Shown here one piece after another: positions 1 through 10,137 of a stretch of 64,000 nt of DNA. Source of the stretch: an uncultured bacterium (GTDB lineage: Bacteria; Actinomycetota; Actinomycetes; S36-B12); the NCBI GenBank assembly GCA_903896585.1, contig CAITYI010000261.1, positions 400 through 64,399 of the forward strand. Direction: 5' to 3'. A program made the translations under genes and the position numbers. Within the stretch, counting starts at the first letter, position 1. Each line of letters opens with the position of its first letter. The notes below the pieces were generated by a model. The model was not told where the DNA came from. It was given only the letters and a program-made list of their open reading frames with translations, and did no database searches.

Positions 1-738
1 GTACCGAAGATAGAGAGTGCGGAGCCCGCGAAGGGCCAAAAAGCAGTCAAAAGCGCTCGGCATGGCTCCCAAGAGAATGCGGCGAATGCGAATCTGCTCT
101 GATCGCTGGGGGTCACTTGCTATGACCGCACCCATCAACAGATCCGAATGTCCACTCAAAATCTTTGTCACGCTGTGGAGAACCATGTCAGCACCCATGG
201 TCAATGGCCGCTGAGTAACCGGTGTGGCGAAGGTATTGTCCACCACGCTGATCACTTTGTGCGTTTGAGCAGCGGCTAGACATTTCTGAATATCCGCTTC
301 ATCGAGCATGGGATTTGTCGGCGACTCCAGCCACAAAAAATCCGCTTGTGGGAGTGCTGCCAAAATCGCCTGGGTATCGGGAGCGGGTATCAATATCAGG
401 TTAATTGCGGAACGTTCTGCGAGTTCCTTGAGCCTGACGGCAACACCGGTATAGGTATTTGTTGGGGCGATTACTGTGGAACCAATAGGAATTAGATCCA
501 AGATGGCATTCGCGGCGGCCATACCGGAAGAGAAGACGGTTGCATGGCCGTGCTCTAGTGCACCAAGTGCTTCCTCAAAAGCTGCGGCAGTTGGGTTGCC
601 TTCTCTGGCGTACTCGGTAGGGCCTTCAGCGTGGAATGTTGAGGCAGGAACAATCGGCGTGTTCACGGGGTTGTCGGGGATTCGAGGTGGGCGACCGGCG
701 GTGACCGCCGTCGTGCTGGGGTGAACGCGAGGCTCCAT
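1..738 (-). CDS. Cys/Met-metabolism PLP enzyme (cystathionine gamma-synthase/lyase family), 3' end outside window
   Basis: Absent from the ORF track because no stop lies in the window. Manual reverse-strand translation from ATG 738-736 (in-frame TGA two codons upstream) gives MEPRVHPSTTAVTAGRPPRIPDNPVNTPIVPASTFH...LHSVTKILSGHSDLLMG. This carries the PLP-lysine motif and general pattern of this family. Confidence 0.8.
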   Translation of the reverse strand, partial: MEPRVHPSTTAVTAGRPPRIPDNPVNTPIVPASTFHAEGPTEYAREGNPTAAAFEEALGALEHGHATVFSSGMAAANAILDLIPIGSTVIAPTNTYTGVAVRLKELAERSAINLILIPAPDTQAILAALPQADFLWLESPTNPMLDEADIQKCLAAAQTHKVISVVDNTFATPVTQRPLTMGADMVLHSVTKILSGHSDLLMGAVIASDPQRSEQIRIRRILLGAMPSAFDCFLALRGLRTLYLRY

Positions 739-808
739 AGTTCAACTCTAGCCAATGTGTGGTGCATGGGTGTAAAACATCCGGGGTGCTTCGCGATACG
801 GTCAGGGC

Positions 809-1930
809 ATGTCCGGCGACATCGCTTTTGTTCCCACAACGGTGGGAATCATTTTTGGCGGCGTAGGTCCCGAACACGGAGTGTCCTGTTTGAGCGCCCG
901 ATCAATTGCCCGAACTCTGGAAGAGCGGGGATTCAATCTATTGTGCATCGGTGTCAGCACTTCAGGTCATTGGTTTTACATATCGCCTGAAATAGTAAAG
1001 AACTACTCAATTGTTGGTGGATCCATGCCAAGCGTCTCCGCTACTGGCGAATCTGTGACTCTTCACCTTGACCCACTGGGACCGGGATTCTTGGTCGGTG
1101 CGACATTCATGCCCTGTGAAATTGTTTTCCCAATTATCCACGGAATCGGGGGTGAGGATGGCCAGCTACAGGGTCTCCTCGAAACCGCGGGGATCGCTTA
1201 TGTCGGATCTGGTATCGAGGCCTCCGCTATCTGCATGAATAAAGTGACAGCAAAACGTTTGGTACAGAGTATTGGGGTAGAAACGGGGTCGTGGATTAGT
1301 GTCAACACACGCGAAGCAAGTGGAAGCCCCGTATTCGATTCAATGAGTGTGTGGAACCACTTTGGAGGGTCAGCGTTATTTATCAAGCCCGTGTCGGGGG
1401 GTTCATCGGCCGGAATAACCCATGTCTCGACACAAGAGGACTTAGATGAAGCGTTCGCAGCAGCCATGCAATTCTCAGATTTGTTGATCGTGGAAAAAGG
1501 CGTGACCAAGCCTCGCGAACTTGAAGTGGCAATTCTTGAAACAAGCGGGGGGGTTCAGGCCAGCCCGGTCGGCGAAATCAAGGTTCACTCAGAATTTGAA
1601 TTTTATGACTTTGAGGCAAAGTACCTTTCCGATGGTGCCGAACTTGTGACACCTGCAGAGCTTGAGCCCGCCCTCGCCGAATACGTCCGCTCGACAGCAA
1701 TTGAGGTATTCCGCACATTAGGCTGCCGCGACTATGCACGAGTTGATTTCTTCCTCAATGAGAATTCCCAATTGATATTTAATGAGATAAACACTGTGCC
1801 AGGGTTTACTTCAATTTCGATGTATTCGAGGATGTGGGCTGCAGGGGGAATCGATTTTCCTGATCTTGTTTGTCAGTTGGTGGGAAATGCGGCAGCCAGA
1901 TCCACCAGCACCCCGGACGTAGATTCATAA
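809..1930 (+). CDS. ddl: D-alanine--D-alanine ligase
   Basis: 373-aa ORF. N-terminal GGVGPEHGVSCLSA motif, an ATP-grasp body and C-terminal NEINTVPGFT are typical of Ddl. Confidence 0.9.
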   Translation: MSGDIAFVPTTVGIIFGGVGPEHGVSCLSARSIARTLEERGFNLLCIGVSTSGHWFYISPEIVKNYSIVGGSMPSVSATGESVTLHLDPLGPGFLVGATFMPCEIVFPIIHGIGGEDGQLQGLLETAGIAYVGSGIEASAICMNKVTAKRLVQSIGVETGSWISVNTREASGSPVFDSMSVWNHFGGSALFIKPVSGGSSAGITHVSTQEDLDEAFAAAMQFSDLLIVEKGVTKPRELEVAILETSGGVQASPVGEIKVHSEFEFYDFEAKYLSDGAELVTPAELEPALAEYVRSTAIEVFRTLGCRDYARVDFFLNENSQLIFNEINTVPGFTSISMYSRMWAAGGIDFPDLVCQLVGNAAARSTSTPDVDS

Positions 1931-2325
1931 TCTGATGGAATATTGACCTCAACAAATTCGGTCAAATTCAGGCTCGTGAACCGCTGACCCTGGGTTAGTT
2001 TTTCAGGTAACCAGTCCACTCCATTGACTGAAATCAATTGACTTGTCGGTTGCAATGACGCTGGCTCAACCACCCCGCACCGGAGCACAATTGCTGGATC
2101 ACCCCAAGCGGTTACGCCTTGCTTCGGGGCGGATGTGGATCGAACTAACACTCCGGCTATTTCAACGGGTAGAGATTGGGTCAACGCTGTGCAATAGGCC
2201 GAGGAACCAGCCGGACCAGGCTCAACACTGAGCTGTTGTGAGCAACCCACCAGCAGAACAAGACACCCGAAACCCGCAAGCGCGGGTGCCACGGCGAATG
2301 ACTTCGATGTGCGAGGAATGTTCAC
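1873..2325 (-). CDS. small secreted lipoprotein (DUF3515-like by position)
   Basis: 150-aa ORF with a signal peptide and lipobox LLVGC. It sits between ddl and thiL, where Actinobacteria keep a small conserved secreted protein; the family name is recalled, not searched. Its 3' end overlaps the ddl 3' end by 58 nt. Confidence 0.6.
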   Translation of the reverse strand: MNIPRTSKSFAVAPALAGFGCLVLLVGCSQQLSVEPGPAGSSAYCTALTQSLPVEIAGVLVRSTSAPKQGVTAWGDPAIVLRCGVVEPASLQPTSQLISVNGVDWLPEKLTQGQRFTSLNLTEFVEVNIPSDYESTSGVLVDLAAAFPTN

Positions 2326-2381
2326 GTGGGCACTCTATAGTTTCAGGTGAATGTATTTCGACCTAGAGGGAGTCACGCTGC

Positions 2382-3386
2382 ATGGCTGCAACACCAGACG
2401 ATGACAATGCCTCCAGTGCTATTACTTTGCAAACTCTTGGTGAGTTCGCTGTAATAGATCGGTTGCAAGATATTGCCGAACTTGGTTCACGGGAAGTACA
2501 AGTATCTGAACCTGTTGTCGGTTCCGGAGATGACTCGGCAATAGTGTCATTTGGCAGTGCCCAAGTAGCTATGAGTGTCGACATGTTTGTTCAAGATCGA
2601 CATTTTCGAACAGATTGGGCGACCGGAGTGGATATTGGCCGCCGGTGTGCTGCTGCATCGATGTCTGATATTTGTGCCATGGGCCTCGAGCCCAGTACAT
2701 TGCTGGTCGGTATCGCCGCCCCTCCTGAAACGCCCATGTCGTGGATCAAGGAATTCTTTTCTGGTTTGGTCGAGGAAGCGGCTATTGCGGGGGCAAGAGT
2801 GGTCGGTGGGGATCTCTGTTCCGCGAGTGCCATCACGATCTCGGTCACGGCACTGGGTCAGGCTCCCAAAAAAGGTGCGGTTACCAGATCAGGGGCACGT
2901 GTTGGTGACATAGTGGCCGTACACGGTGAGCTCGGGCGGGCTGCGGCCGGACTGCGGATATTGCAGCGCGGATTGCGGTCACCTCGATCCCTTGTTGATT
3001 CCTATCGGTTCCCCCGTGTCGATTACACGGCGGGTGTCCGTGCCCGTGAGGCCGGAGCCACCTCGATGATTGATGTCTCCGATGGCCTCGTTGCCGATCT
3101 TCGACATATTGCTGACGCGTCTGCGGTGACCATCAATATCGACAAGGATTTGGTGTTGGTCCCCGAGGACCTGACCAGCGCAGCGTCAGCTTTTGGGCTT
3201 GATCCTCTGACATGGGTGCTCGAAGGTGGCGACGACCATGCCATTGTTGCGACTTTTCCAGTAACTGCAGAGTTACCTTCCGGATTTCACGCGATTGGAT
3301 CAATTCTCAAAAAAGGCGAAATCAGTGTCACCGTGGACCACTTAGCCGTTGAGGGATCCGGCGGATACTCGCACTTTCATCAATAG
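2382..3386 (+). CDS. thiL: thiamine-monophosphate kinase
   Basis: 334-aa ORF with GDDSAIV and the AIR-synthase-like fold pattern (GGDL..., IDVSDGL). Confidence 0.85.
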   Translation: MAATPDDDNASSAITLQTLGEFAVIDRLQDIAELGSREVQVSEPVVGSGDDSAIVSFGSAQVAMSVDMFVQDRHFRTDWATGVDIGRRCAAASMSDICAMGLEPSTLLVGIAAPPETPMSWIKEFFSGLVEEAAIAGARVVGGDLCSASAITISVTALGQAPKKGAVTRSGARVGDIVAVHGELGRAAAGLRILQRGLRSPRSLVDSYRFPRVDYTAGVRAREAGATSMIDVSDGLVADLRHIADASAVTINIDKDLVLVPEDLTSAASAFGLDPLTWVLEGGDDHAIVATFPVTAELPSGFHAIGSILKKGEISVTVDHLAVEGSGGYSHFHQ

Positions 3387-3434
3387 CGAAATTCCCTCAA
3401 TGTAAAGTATTTGAGCAGACCGAGGTCAGGATAA

Positions 3435-3483
3435 AAGCGCGGGTTAAGAAGCGCGGGTTAAGAAGCGCGGATTAAGAAGCGCG
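3435..3483. repeat. 14-bp tandem repeat AAGCGCGGGTTAAG, about 3.5 copies
   Basis: Read directly: units at 3435-3448, 3449-3462, 3463-3476 (one G>A change) and a partial unit 3477-3483. The last units contain the rpmB stop codon and its last four codons on the minus strand. Confidence 0.9.
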
Positions 3484-3663
3484 TACGACTTTCCCAGCCT
3501 TGATACATGAGGTGCACACATTCAACCGCTTGGGGGAGCGACCCACCATGGCGCGCACTCGTTGAATATTGGGGTTCCAACGACGCTTTGTCCGACGATG
3601 TGAGTGCGAGACATTATGCCCGAAGCTAGGGCTCTTTCCGCAGATATCGCAGTTTGCCGCCAC
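3472..3663 (-). CDS. rpmB: 50S ribosomal protein L28
   Basis: 63-aa [37 protein letters not shown] is the canonical L28 sequence. GAGGAG Shine-Dalgarno lies upstream. Confidence 0.95.
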   Translation of the reverse strand: MAANCDICGKSPSFGHNVSHSHRRTKRRWNPNIQRVRAMVGRSPKRLNVCTSCIKAGKVVRAS

Positions 3664-3825
3664 AGGAACTCCTCAGGTGTATCGGTCTGACAGCGTCAGT
3701 ACCGTTAGGTAGGTTGATAGCACGAGATCTTGTGAACCCGGTATCAGCCACGAGGCGAAGCACCGACATCACGAAACCTGAGAAAGAATAGCCCAAGTGC
3801 GACGGAGATATTGAGGAGGGGTGAG

Positions 3826-5589
3826 ATGGCCAGCCCATTTACTCTTCCCATGCTGGCCGATTGGCTGCTCACGGCTCAATCTTCACTTCGGGCGGCCAGG
3901 GCTGAAATTGATGCACTAAACGTATTCCCGGTCCCAGATGGCGACACTGGGACAAATCTCTATCTCACGTGGGAGGCCGCGTGCGCCGGCTTTCGCCATG
4001 GCATTGAGATGGATTTTGGAATGACCGGTGATCAAGAAACGGGTGATCAGGTGGTTTTGGAGGCAGCAGACCCCGAATCGGCGGCTCGTCACTTTGAGGC
4101 GACCGCACGCCAAATAGGGCGCGATGCGATTTTGGGTGCGCGAGGCAACTCGGGAGTGATCATGTCGGCCCTCCTTCGCGATTTGTGTGCCAGTATCGCA
4201 AGGGAGCCCCAGGCTTTTGCTTTGGCGCTGCGAGCCGGAACCGCCGGGGCCTACTCGGCGGTGGCCGCTCCGGTGGAAGGCACCATTCTTACGGTTGCCC
4301 GCGCATGTGCCGATCAGGCCGAAGAAATTGCTCAGAGGGGAGGTGAGTTACCGGAAATCGTTCGTGGCGCTGCCGATGCCGCCTATCAAGCTTTGCTGAA
4401 GACACCGGACTTGCTCGAGCAGTTGCGCATTGCCGGAGTTGTAGATGCAGGTGGTCGTGGCCTGGTTGTGGTGCTTGATTCATTAGTGACCAGTTTGACC
4501 GGAATCGTTCCTCGGCGAGATCTGCTAACGCGATCAGCGGGAGTCTCGCCAAAGTTTATGGCCATCTCGGAGCAGTCGTTTAATGATTCTGAAGATTTTG
4601 AAGTCATGTATCACCTGGAATGCGAGTCCGTGGACAGACTGCACGAAGCCTTAGCTGCAGTTGGACAGAGCATCATGATCGCTGGAATGGATGGCACCTG
4701 GAATGTGCATGTGCACGTGTCGCCGTATTCAATAGCAGATGCCATTAATGCTGGCCTCACTTTTGGAACGGTCTCCAAAATTTCCGTGACACCGTTGGGT
4801 AAGGAAAATTCGGTAAATGAACTCGTGAACCACCATTCACCTGCTGAGTTGGGCCTGCTCCAAGATGCATTAACCCATCAGCGCAAAGCCACGGACTCAC
4901 CGTTTGCTGGCAGTAAAATTCCTCAACGCCACCGGTCACTCATTGCGGTAACTCATGGCTGGGGAGTGGAATCGCTTTTAGCAGGTCAAGGAATCACGTG
5001 TGTGCCGACTCTTGCCCGTCAACAACCATCGGCTGCTGAGTTGATCAGCGCGGGGAAACGCGCAGAATCTGCCCAACTGGTCTTATTACCTTCTGATAAA
5101 GACGCACACGCCGTGGCGGAAATAGCAGCACTTGAGTTAAGGGCGCAAGGCATGCGCGCGGCGGTAGTTCCCACCAAGTCCATCACTCAGACATTGGCGG
5201 CGGCAGCTGTTCATGATCCTGATCAAGACTTTGAGCAGGATGTCGTCAACATGACCCGCGCTTCAAGTTCGACTCGCTACGGGGCTGTGACACAAGCGAC
5301 CCGAAATGTTCTGACCATGGCAGGTGAATGTCAGCTCGGTGACATTCTTGGGGTAATTGACGGGGAGATTGCCGTAATCGGGGGTGAATTTGCGGATGTT
5401 TCCCACCAAGTACTGGGCAAAATGCTTGCACCCGGAGCAGAACTTGTAACCGTTGTTTGCGGTCAGGACAGCGAAGACTCAGACCTTCACAAAATTAGAA
5501 CGTGGATCCATTCTCACAATCCGTTGCTTGACGTAGATGTTATTCACGGTGGCCAACCATTGTGGCCATTTATTTTTGGGGTGGAGTAA
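3826..5589 (+). CDS. DAK2 domain-containing protein (YloV-like)
   Basis: DGDTGTN Dak-phosphatase motif and the conserved position upstream of recG. The ORF track starts at TTG 3811; ATG 3826 follows the GAGGAGGGG Shine-Dalgarno and is preferred. Confidence 0.85.
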   Translation: MASPFTLPMLADWLLTAQSSLRAARAEIDALNVFPVPDGDTGTNLYLTWEAACAGFRHGIEMDFGMTGDQETGDQVVLEAADPESAARHFEATARQIGRDAILGARGNSGVIMSALLRDLCASIAREPQAFALALRAGTAGAYSAVAAPVEGTILTVARACADQAEEIAQRGGELPEIVRGAADAAYQALLKTPDLLEQLRIAGVVDAGGRGLVVVLDSLVTSLTGIVPRRDLLTRSAGVSPKFMAISEQSFNDSEDFEVMYHLECESVDRLHEALAAVGQSIMIAGMDGTWNVHVHVSPYSIADAINAGLTFGTVSKISVTPLGKENSVNELVNHHSPAELGLLQDALTHQRKATDSPFAGSKIPQRHRSLIAVTHGWGVESLLAGQGITCVPTLARQQPSAAELISAGKRAESAQLVLLPSDKDAHAVAEIAALELRAQGMRAAVVPTKSITQTLAAAAVHDPDQDFEQDVVNMTRASSSTRYGAVTQATRNVLTMAGECQLGDILGVIDGEIAVIGGEFADVSHQVLGKMLAPGAELVTVVCGQDSEDSDLHKIRTWIHSHNPLLDVDVIHGGQPLWPFIFGVE

Positions 5590-5595
5590 CTTCAC

Positions 5596-7809
5596 ATGCA
5601 GGCTCAGGAGTATTTGAATCGCTCCCTCAAAGAGCTAATTGGCGGGAAGACCGCCTCGGCACTGAAGAAGTCCTTTCGAATTGGGACGGCAGGGGAGCTC
5701 CTCAATCACTACCCACGCCGATATGCAGAGAGGGGACAACTCACATCATTTGACCGCATTGAAATTGGCAAACCGGTCACAATCATGGCAACTATCTCGT
5801 CTGTCACTGCACGACGCATGAAAACTAAACGTGGATTCGTATTGGTGGTAGCCGTCACCGATGGTAAAGATCACATGGAATTAACCTTTTTTAACCAGAA
5901 ATGGCGAGAGAAGGAACTTCAAGTTGGACGATCAGGACTCTTCGCAGGCACTGTTAACGAATATCACGGCGCGCGAACGCTTACCCATCCGCAATATCAA
6001 CTTTTTGGAAGCAGCGATTCGTCAGATTTAGAGGCACTTAATGATTTTGCGGGCAGCATTATTCCGGTGTACCCGAGTTCCCAGGCAATTACTTCTTGGC
6101 AGATCGCAGCGGCAGTCGATGTAGTGCTGGCGTCTCTCGAACAATTAGATGAACCAATACCAATTGACCTTCGGGAAAAGTACCAACTCATGGATCGTTC
6201 AGAAGCCATTAAAGCCATTCATCAACCTGAATCACATGAGGATATTGAGCGCGCGCGGTTGAGGCTCAAATATCAGGAGGCTTTTGTACTCCAAGCTGTC
6301 CTGGAATTTCGTAGACAGAAACGACGCACCTTGTCCGCGATTGCTCGAAAACCGAAAAAGCACGCACTCCGTGAATCCTTCGATCTGTCACTGCCATTTA
6401 CGCTCACCCAAGGTCAGATTGGGATTGGCCAACAAATTGAAAAAGATCTTCGCGGCACTTCGCCCATGATGCGCTTACTTCAAGGCGATGTCGGGAGTGG
6501 AAAAACCATTGTTGCATTACGTGCAATGCTGGATGTGGTCGAATCTGGTGGACAAGCTGTATTACTCGCGCCAACTGAAGTTTTGGCTGCTCAGCACTTT
6601 GAGTCCCTCACTTCGCTACTCGGTGGCCTCAGTGATTCAGGTAGCGACTCTGTTACGCCGAGCAAGGGGCTCGATCCCAAGGTGAAAACAACTTTGTTGA
6701 CCGGTTCGTTACCTCTGCCAGCTCGAAAGCAAGCATTACTGGATATTGCATCAGGCAATTCACATATTGTGGTGGGTACTCACGCACTAATTCAAGATCA
6801 CGTTGATTTTTTTGACTTGGGTCTCGTAGTTGTAGATGAACAGCATCGATTTGGAGTTGAACAACGAGCAGCTCTAATGTCTAAGGGAAGTCAAGGGGTC
6901 CGTCCCCATTTGCTGGTCATGACCGCAACTCCGATTCCGCGCACAACCGCACTCACCGTCTTTGGTGACCTCGATATTTCTACCCTCACTGAGGTACCTT
7001 CCATGAGGGCTGCAGTAGATACACACATTGTGAGTCAGCAAATAAACCCATCTCACGCAGCGAGAGTGTGGGAGCGAATGCAAGAAGAGGTTATTGCAGG
7101 AAATCGAGTCTTTATTGTCTGTGCCAGCATCTCAGAATCTGCTGGAGATCTGGATGAAGATCCGGAATCAAGCCAATTGCCGGATATTGCCGGAGAATCT
7201 CGAGATCACATCGTGTCGGTTGAGCAATCACTGATCGAATTAGCGCAACGATTCCCAGCAGTTAGGTTTGCCGGATTGCACGGGAAGATGAAGCCCGAGG
7301 AAAAACGAACTGTCATGAAGCGTTTCCGAAGCAATGAAGCAGATGCCATCGATGTGCTCATAGCGACAACAGTTATCGAAGTAGGTGTGGATATTCCCGA
7401 GGCAACCATGATGATTATTAATAATGCTGAAAGGTTTGGTATCTCTCAATTGCATCAGTTACGAGGCAGAATCGGGAGGGGAGACAAACCGGGACTTTGT
7501 ATATTGATGCAGGAAAGACTCATGAATCCGGTGGCTCAAAAACGGCTGGAGGCAGTTGCCTCAACTCGCGACGGATTCGAATTGGCTCAGCGCGACCTCG
7601 AACTCAGGGGTGAAGGCGATGTATTGGGCCTTGAACAATCGGGTGCGGCAACGTCACTTCGATTACTGCGAGTTATTGAGGACGTGGCCCTTATTGAGTC
7701 AGTGCGCCAAGAAGTTGATGCTTTGGCTCGCACGGATCATTGGTCCCAAACCATTGCTGCAATCGAACTCGCCGAATTCATCAGAGTGGATCAGTTGGAA
7801 AAAACATGA
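5596..7809 (+). CDS. recG: ATP-dependent DNA helicase RecG
   Basis: 737 aa with Walker A GDVGSGKT, the DEQHRFG box, a wedge/OB N-terminus and a TRG-type C-terminus. Confidence 0.95.
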   Translation: MQAQEYLNRSLKELIGGKTASALKKSFRIGTAGELLNHYPRRYAERGQLTSFDRIEIGKPVTIMATISSVTARRMKTKRGFVLVVAVTDGKDHMELTFFNQKWREKELQVGRSGLFAGTVNEYHGARTLTHPQYQLFGSSDSSDLEALNDFAGSIIPVYPSSQAITSWQIAAAVDVVLASLEQLDEPIPIDLREKYQLMDRSEAIKAIHQPESHEDIERARLRLKYQEAFVLQAVLEFRRQKRRTLSAIARKPKKHALRESFDLSLPFTLTQGQIGIGQQIEKDLRGTSPMMRLLQGDVGSGKTIVALRAMLDVVESGGQAVLLAPTEVLAAQHFESLTSLLGGLSDSGSDSVTPSKGLDPKVKTTLLTGSLPLPARKQALLDIASGNSHIVVGTHALIQDHVDFFDLGLVVVDEQHRFGVEQRAALMSKGSQGVRPHLLVMTATPIPRTTALTVFGDLDISTLTEVPSMRAAVDTHIVSQQINPSHAARVWERMQEEVIAGNRVFIVCASISESAGDLDEDPESSQLPDIAGESRDHIVSVEQSLIELAQRFPAVRFAGLHGKMKPEEKRTVMKRFRSNEADAIDVLIATTVIEVGVDIPEATMMIINNAERFGISQLHQLRGRIGRGDKPGLCILMQERLMNPVAQKRLEAVASTRDGFELAQRDLELRGEGDVLGLEQSGAATSLRLLRVIEDVALIESVRQEVDALARTDHWSQTIAAIELAEFIRVDQLEKT

Positions 7810-8381
7810 CTCGCATTATTGGAGGGTCGGCACGAGGGCGTCGGTTATCAGTACCCTCGACAGGAACCCGACCCACATCTGATCGAATTCGCGAGGCGTT
7901 GTTCTCGTCGTTGGACAGTTGGCTGTTGAGTCAGGAGAGGTCCTGGCTGGATATTTGGTTTGCGGATCTGTATGCAGGATCAGGCGCTATTGGGCTTGAA
8001 GCTGCCAGTAGAGGCGCGGCTAATGTGGTTCTGGTCGAGCAACAGTCCGGTGCGCTGAAGACTATTGGGGAGAATATCAAGCGAACGCGCCTGTCGGTTG
8101 TCACGGAACGTTCTAATGTTTCACAGTGGAAACCCAGACACGCATTTGATGTCATCTTCATGGATCCCCCATATTCCTCCTCGGATCAAGAAGTGGCTGA
8201 AACCGTACTCCGTCTTAGCTCCTTGTTGGAAGCCAATTCGGCTCTTTTTGTTATTGAGAGGGGGCTGAGAAGTGGAGATCCATTTGATCGTGTGGACCCT
8301 GGATATTTTCATAAGAAGTGGGATCGGATCTATGGCGATACTCGGCTTTGGTACGGTCATCTGGTGGGAGGTATCGAATGA
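7806..8381 (+). CDS. rsmD: 16S rRNA (guanine966-N2)-methyltransferase RsmD
   Basis: MTRIIGGSARGRRL N-terminus and FMDPPY motif. ATG 7806 forms an ATGA overlap with the recG stop; the track ORF begins upstream at 7740. Confidence 0.85.
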   Translation: MTRIIGGSARGRRLSVPSTGTRPTSDRIREALFSSLDSWLLSQERSWLDIWFADLYAGSGAIGLEAASRGAANVVLVEQQSGALKTIGENIKRTRLSVVTERSNVSQWKPRHAFDVIFMDPPYSSSDQEVAETVLRLSSLLEANSALFVIERGLRSGDPFDRVDPGYFHKKWDRIYGDTRLWYGHLVGGIE

Positions 8382-8860
8382 AGATAGCGGTGTGTCCGGG
8401 TTCATTTGATCCGGTGACCAACGGGCATTTTGACGTATTCGAGCGCGCATCTCGGATGGCAGACGAAGTTGTTGTCGCTGTTCTAATCAATCGGAAGAAA
8501 TCCGGTCTCTTCACGGTCGAGGAGCGGATCGAGATGCTTACCGAAGTAACAAAGCCATTAGGGAATGTACGCGTTGATTCTTTCTATGGACTTCTTGTGG
8601 ACTACTGCAAGGATCATGGAGTTAACGCCATCGTTAAGGGACTTCGAGCAGTGAGCGACTTTGATTATGAATTGCAGATGGCACAAATGAATTTCCGGCT
8701 CGCTGGCGTTGAGACATGCTTTATTTCGACCAACCCCCTGTACAGTTATTTATCCTCCAGCTTGGTCAAGGAGGTCGCCACCCACGGTGGCGATGTCACA
8801 GGTTTGGTCCCTGAATCCGTGTTGAAACGCTTGAAGAGCAAAATTTCTAGCACAATGTGA
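8378..8860 (+). CDS. coaD: phosphopantetheine adenylyltransferase
   Basis: MKIAVCPGSFDPVTNGH signature. ATGA overlap with the rsmD stop; the track ORF begins at 8318. Confidence 0.95.
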   Translation: MKIAVCPGSFDPVTNGHFDVFERASRMADEVVVAVLINRKKSGLFTVEERIEMLTEVTKPLGNVRVDSFYGLLVDYCKDHGVNAIVKGLRAVSDFDYELQMAQMNFRLAGVETCFISTNPLYSYLSSSLVKEVATHGGDVTGLVPESVLKRLKSKISSTM

Positions 8861-8904
8861 ATACTGATTTTCGAAATAGCTGATTTGTAACTGAGGAGCA
8901 CTAG

Positions 8905-9411
8905 GTGGATGTCCAAGAGAGACTAGATGAACTGACGGTAATGGTGGAAGATGCCAAATCCATGCCATTGTCTGCATCCTGTGTTCTCAATCGAGCCCAA
9001 TTACTGGATCTGATCGAAGAAATCCGGCAACTACTTCCTGAATCTGTATATCGGGCAGATGAATTATTGGCGGATCGTGAGGCCGTTGTACTAGATGGCC
9101 GACGGGAGGCTGATCGGATTTTGGAGCAGGCTCGGGCTCAAGCCGATCGCATGGTGTCCGAACACGAGGTGTATTTAGCTGCGGTTGCTGAGAGTAATGC
9201 GCTGCGATCGGAGACCATGGCGGAAACCTCCCGCATGAGGGTGGAAACTGACGACTACATTGATGCGAAATTGGCCACATTTGAAATCACTCTCCAAAAG
9301 ACCTTGCAGACGGTCGATCGAGGACGTGAGCGCCTGCGAAGCCAGATGTACAAAGAGTTGGCTCCAGACAATGACTCCGATCCTTCTGAATTCTTCGACG
9401 CTCAGTCATAG
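8905..9411 (+). CDS. conserved coiled-coil hypothetical protein
   Basis: 168-aa ORF with a GTG start 6 nt after GAGGAG. It is helix-rich and acidic with heptad-like composition. Its position between coaD and yceD is conserved in Actinobacteria as I recall. Function unknown. Confidence 0.6.
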   Translation: MDVQERLDELTVMVEDAKSMPLSASCVLNRAQLLDLIEEIRQLLPESVYRADELLADREAVVLDGRREADRILEQARAQADRMVSEHEVYLAAVAESNALRSETMAETSRMRVETDDYIDAKLATFEITLQKTLQTVDRGRERLRSQMYKELAPDNDSDPSEFFDAQS

Positions 9412-9465
9412 AAAATTTGGCAGCAGGCGAGGGTTTCTAGTGCAATTTCAAGGTGGGGAATTATC

Positions 9466-10032
9466 GTGAACGTTGAAGAATCGGGTTTTATTGTCCCGCT
9501 GACACACCTGCAGCGGCGCCCAGGAAATATGTGGGAAACTGAATTAGCTTTGCGGGCCCCGGCCGACATGGGAGTGGCGCTTGCTCAAGTAGAGCCTGAT
9601 TCTGAGCTGGTGGCTGAAGTGAGATTGGAATCCGTTCTCGACGGAGTCTTGGCAACAGCCTCCGTGCACTACCAGGTGATTGCAGAGTGCGCCCGGTGCT
9701 TGGAGGCACTGGAGTGGGGGGACTCAAGTGAGTTTGTTGAGCTATTTCTTTACCCCGAAACCGATTCACGTGGGCGGGAAATCCAGGGCGGTGACCACGA
9801 ATGGGTCGAAGGCGATTCTGAGTCCGTTGCCAGATTCATCGAGAATGATTCCTTAGATTTTGAGGAAGTCATCCGCGATGCAATTGTGCTCGATTTACCC
9901 CTTAAGCCGTTGTGTGACCCTGACTGTCAGGGGCTCTGTGCCACCTGTGGGGAAAAACGCGACGTAGGGGCCCACGACCATGTGGTTCAAGATCCTCGAT
10001 GGGCAGCTTTAGAGTCCCTCCGAGAGGAATAA
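9466..10032 (+). CDS. yceD: YceD/DUF177 family protein
   Basis: 188 aa with the C-terminal cysteine cluster CDPDCQGLCATCG. It lies directly upstream of rpmF, as in most bacteria. Confidence 0.8.
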   Translation: MNVEESGFIVPLTHLQRRPGNMWETELALRAPADMGVALAQVEPDSELVAEVRLESVLDGVLATASVHYQVIAECARCLEALEWGDSSEFVELFLYPETDSRGREIQGGDHEWVEGDSESVARFIENDSLDFEEVIRDAIVLDLPLKPLCDPDCQGLCATCGEKRDVGAHDHVVQDPRWAALESLREE

Positions 10033-10137
10033 CCCCCGGCTTACCACCCGAGACTCTGAGCCCGATACTCTGGGGCGCAATACTCGTGTGTCGTTTGGAA
10101 ATTGATTGCCCGATCAACCGTAGTGAAAGAGGATCCC

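Noticed and set aside
3435-3483. CRISPR-like array
   Set aside because: The units are 14 bp and directly abutting with no spacers, and no cas genes are in the window. This is a simple minisatellite.
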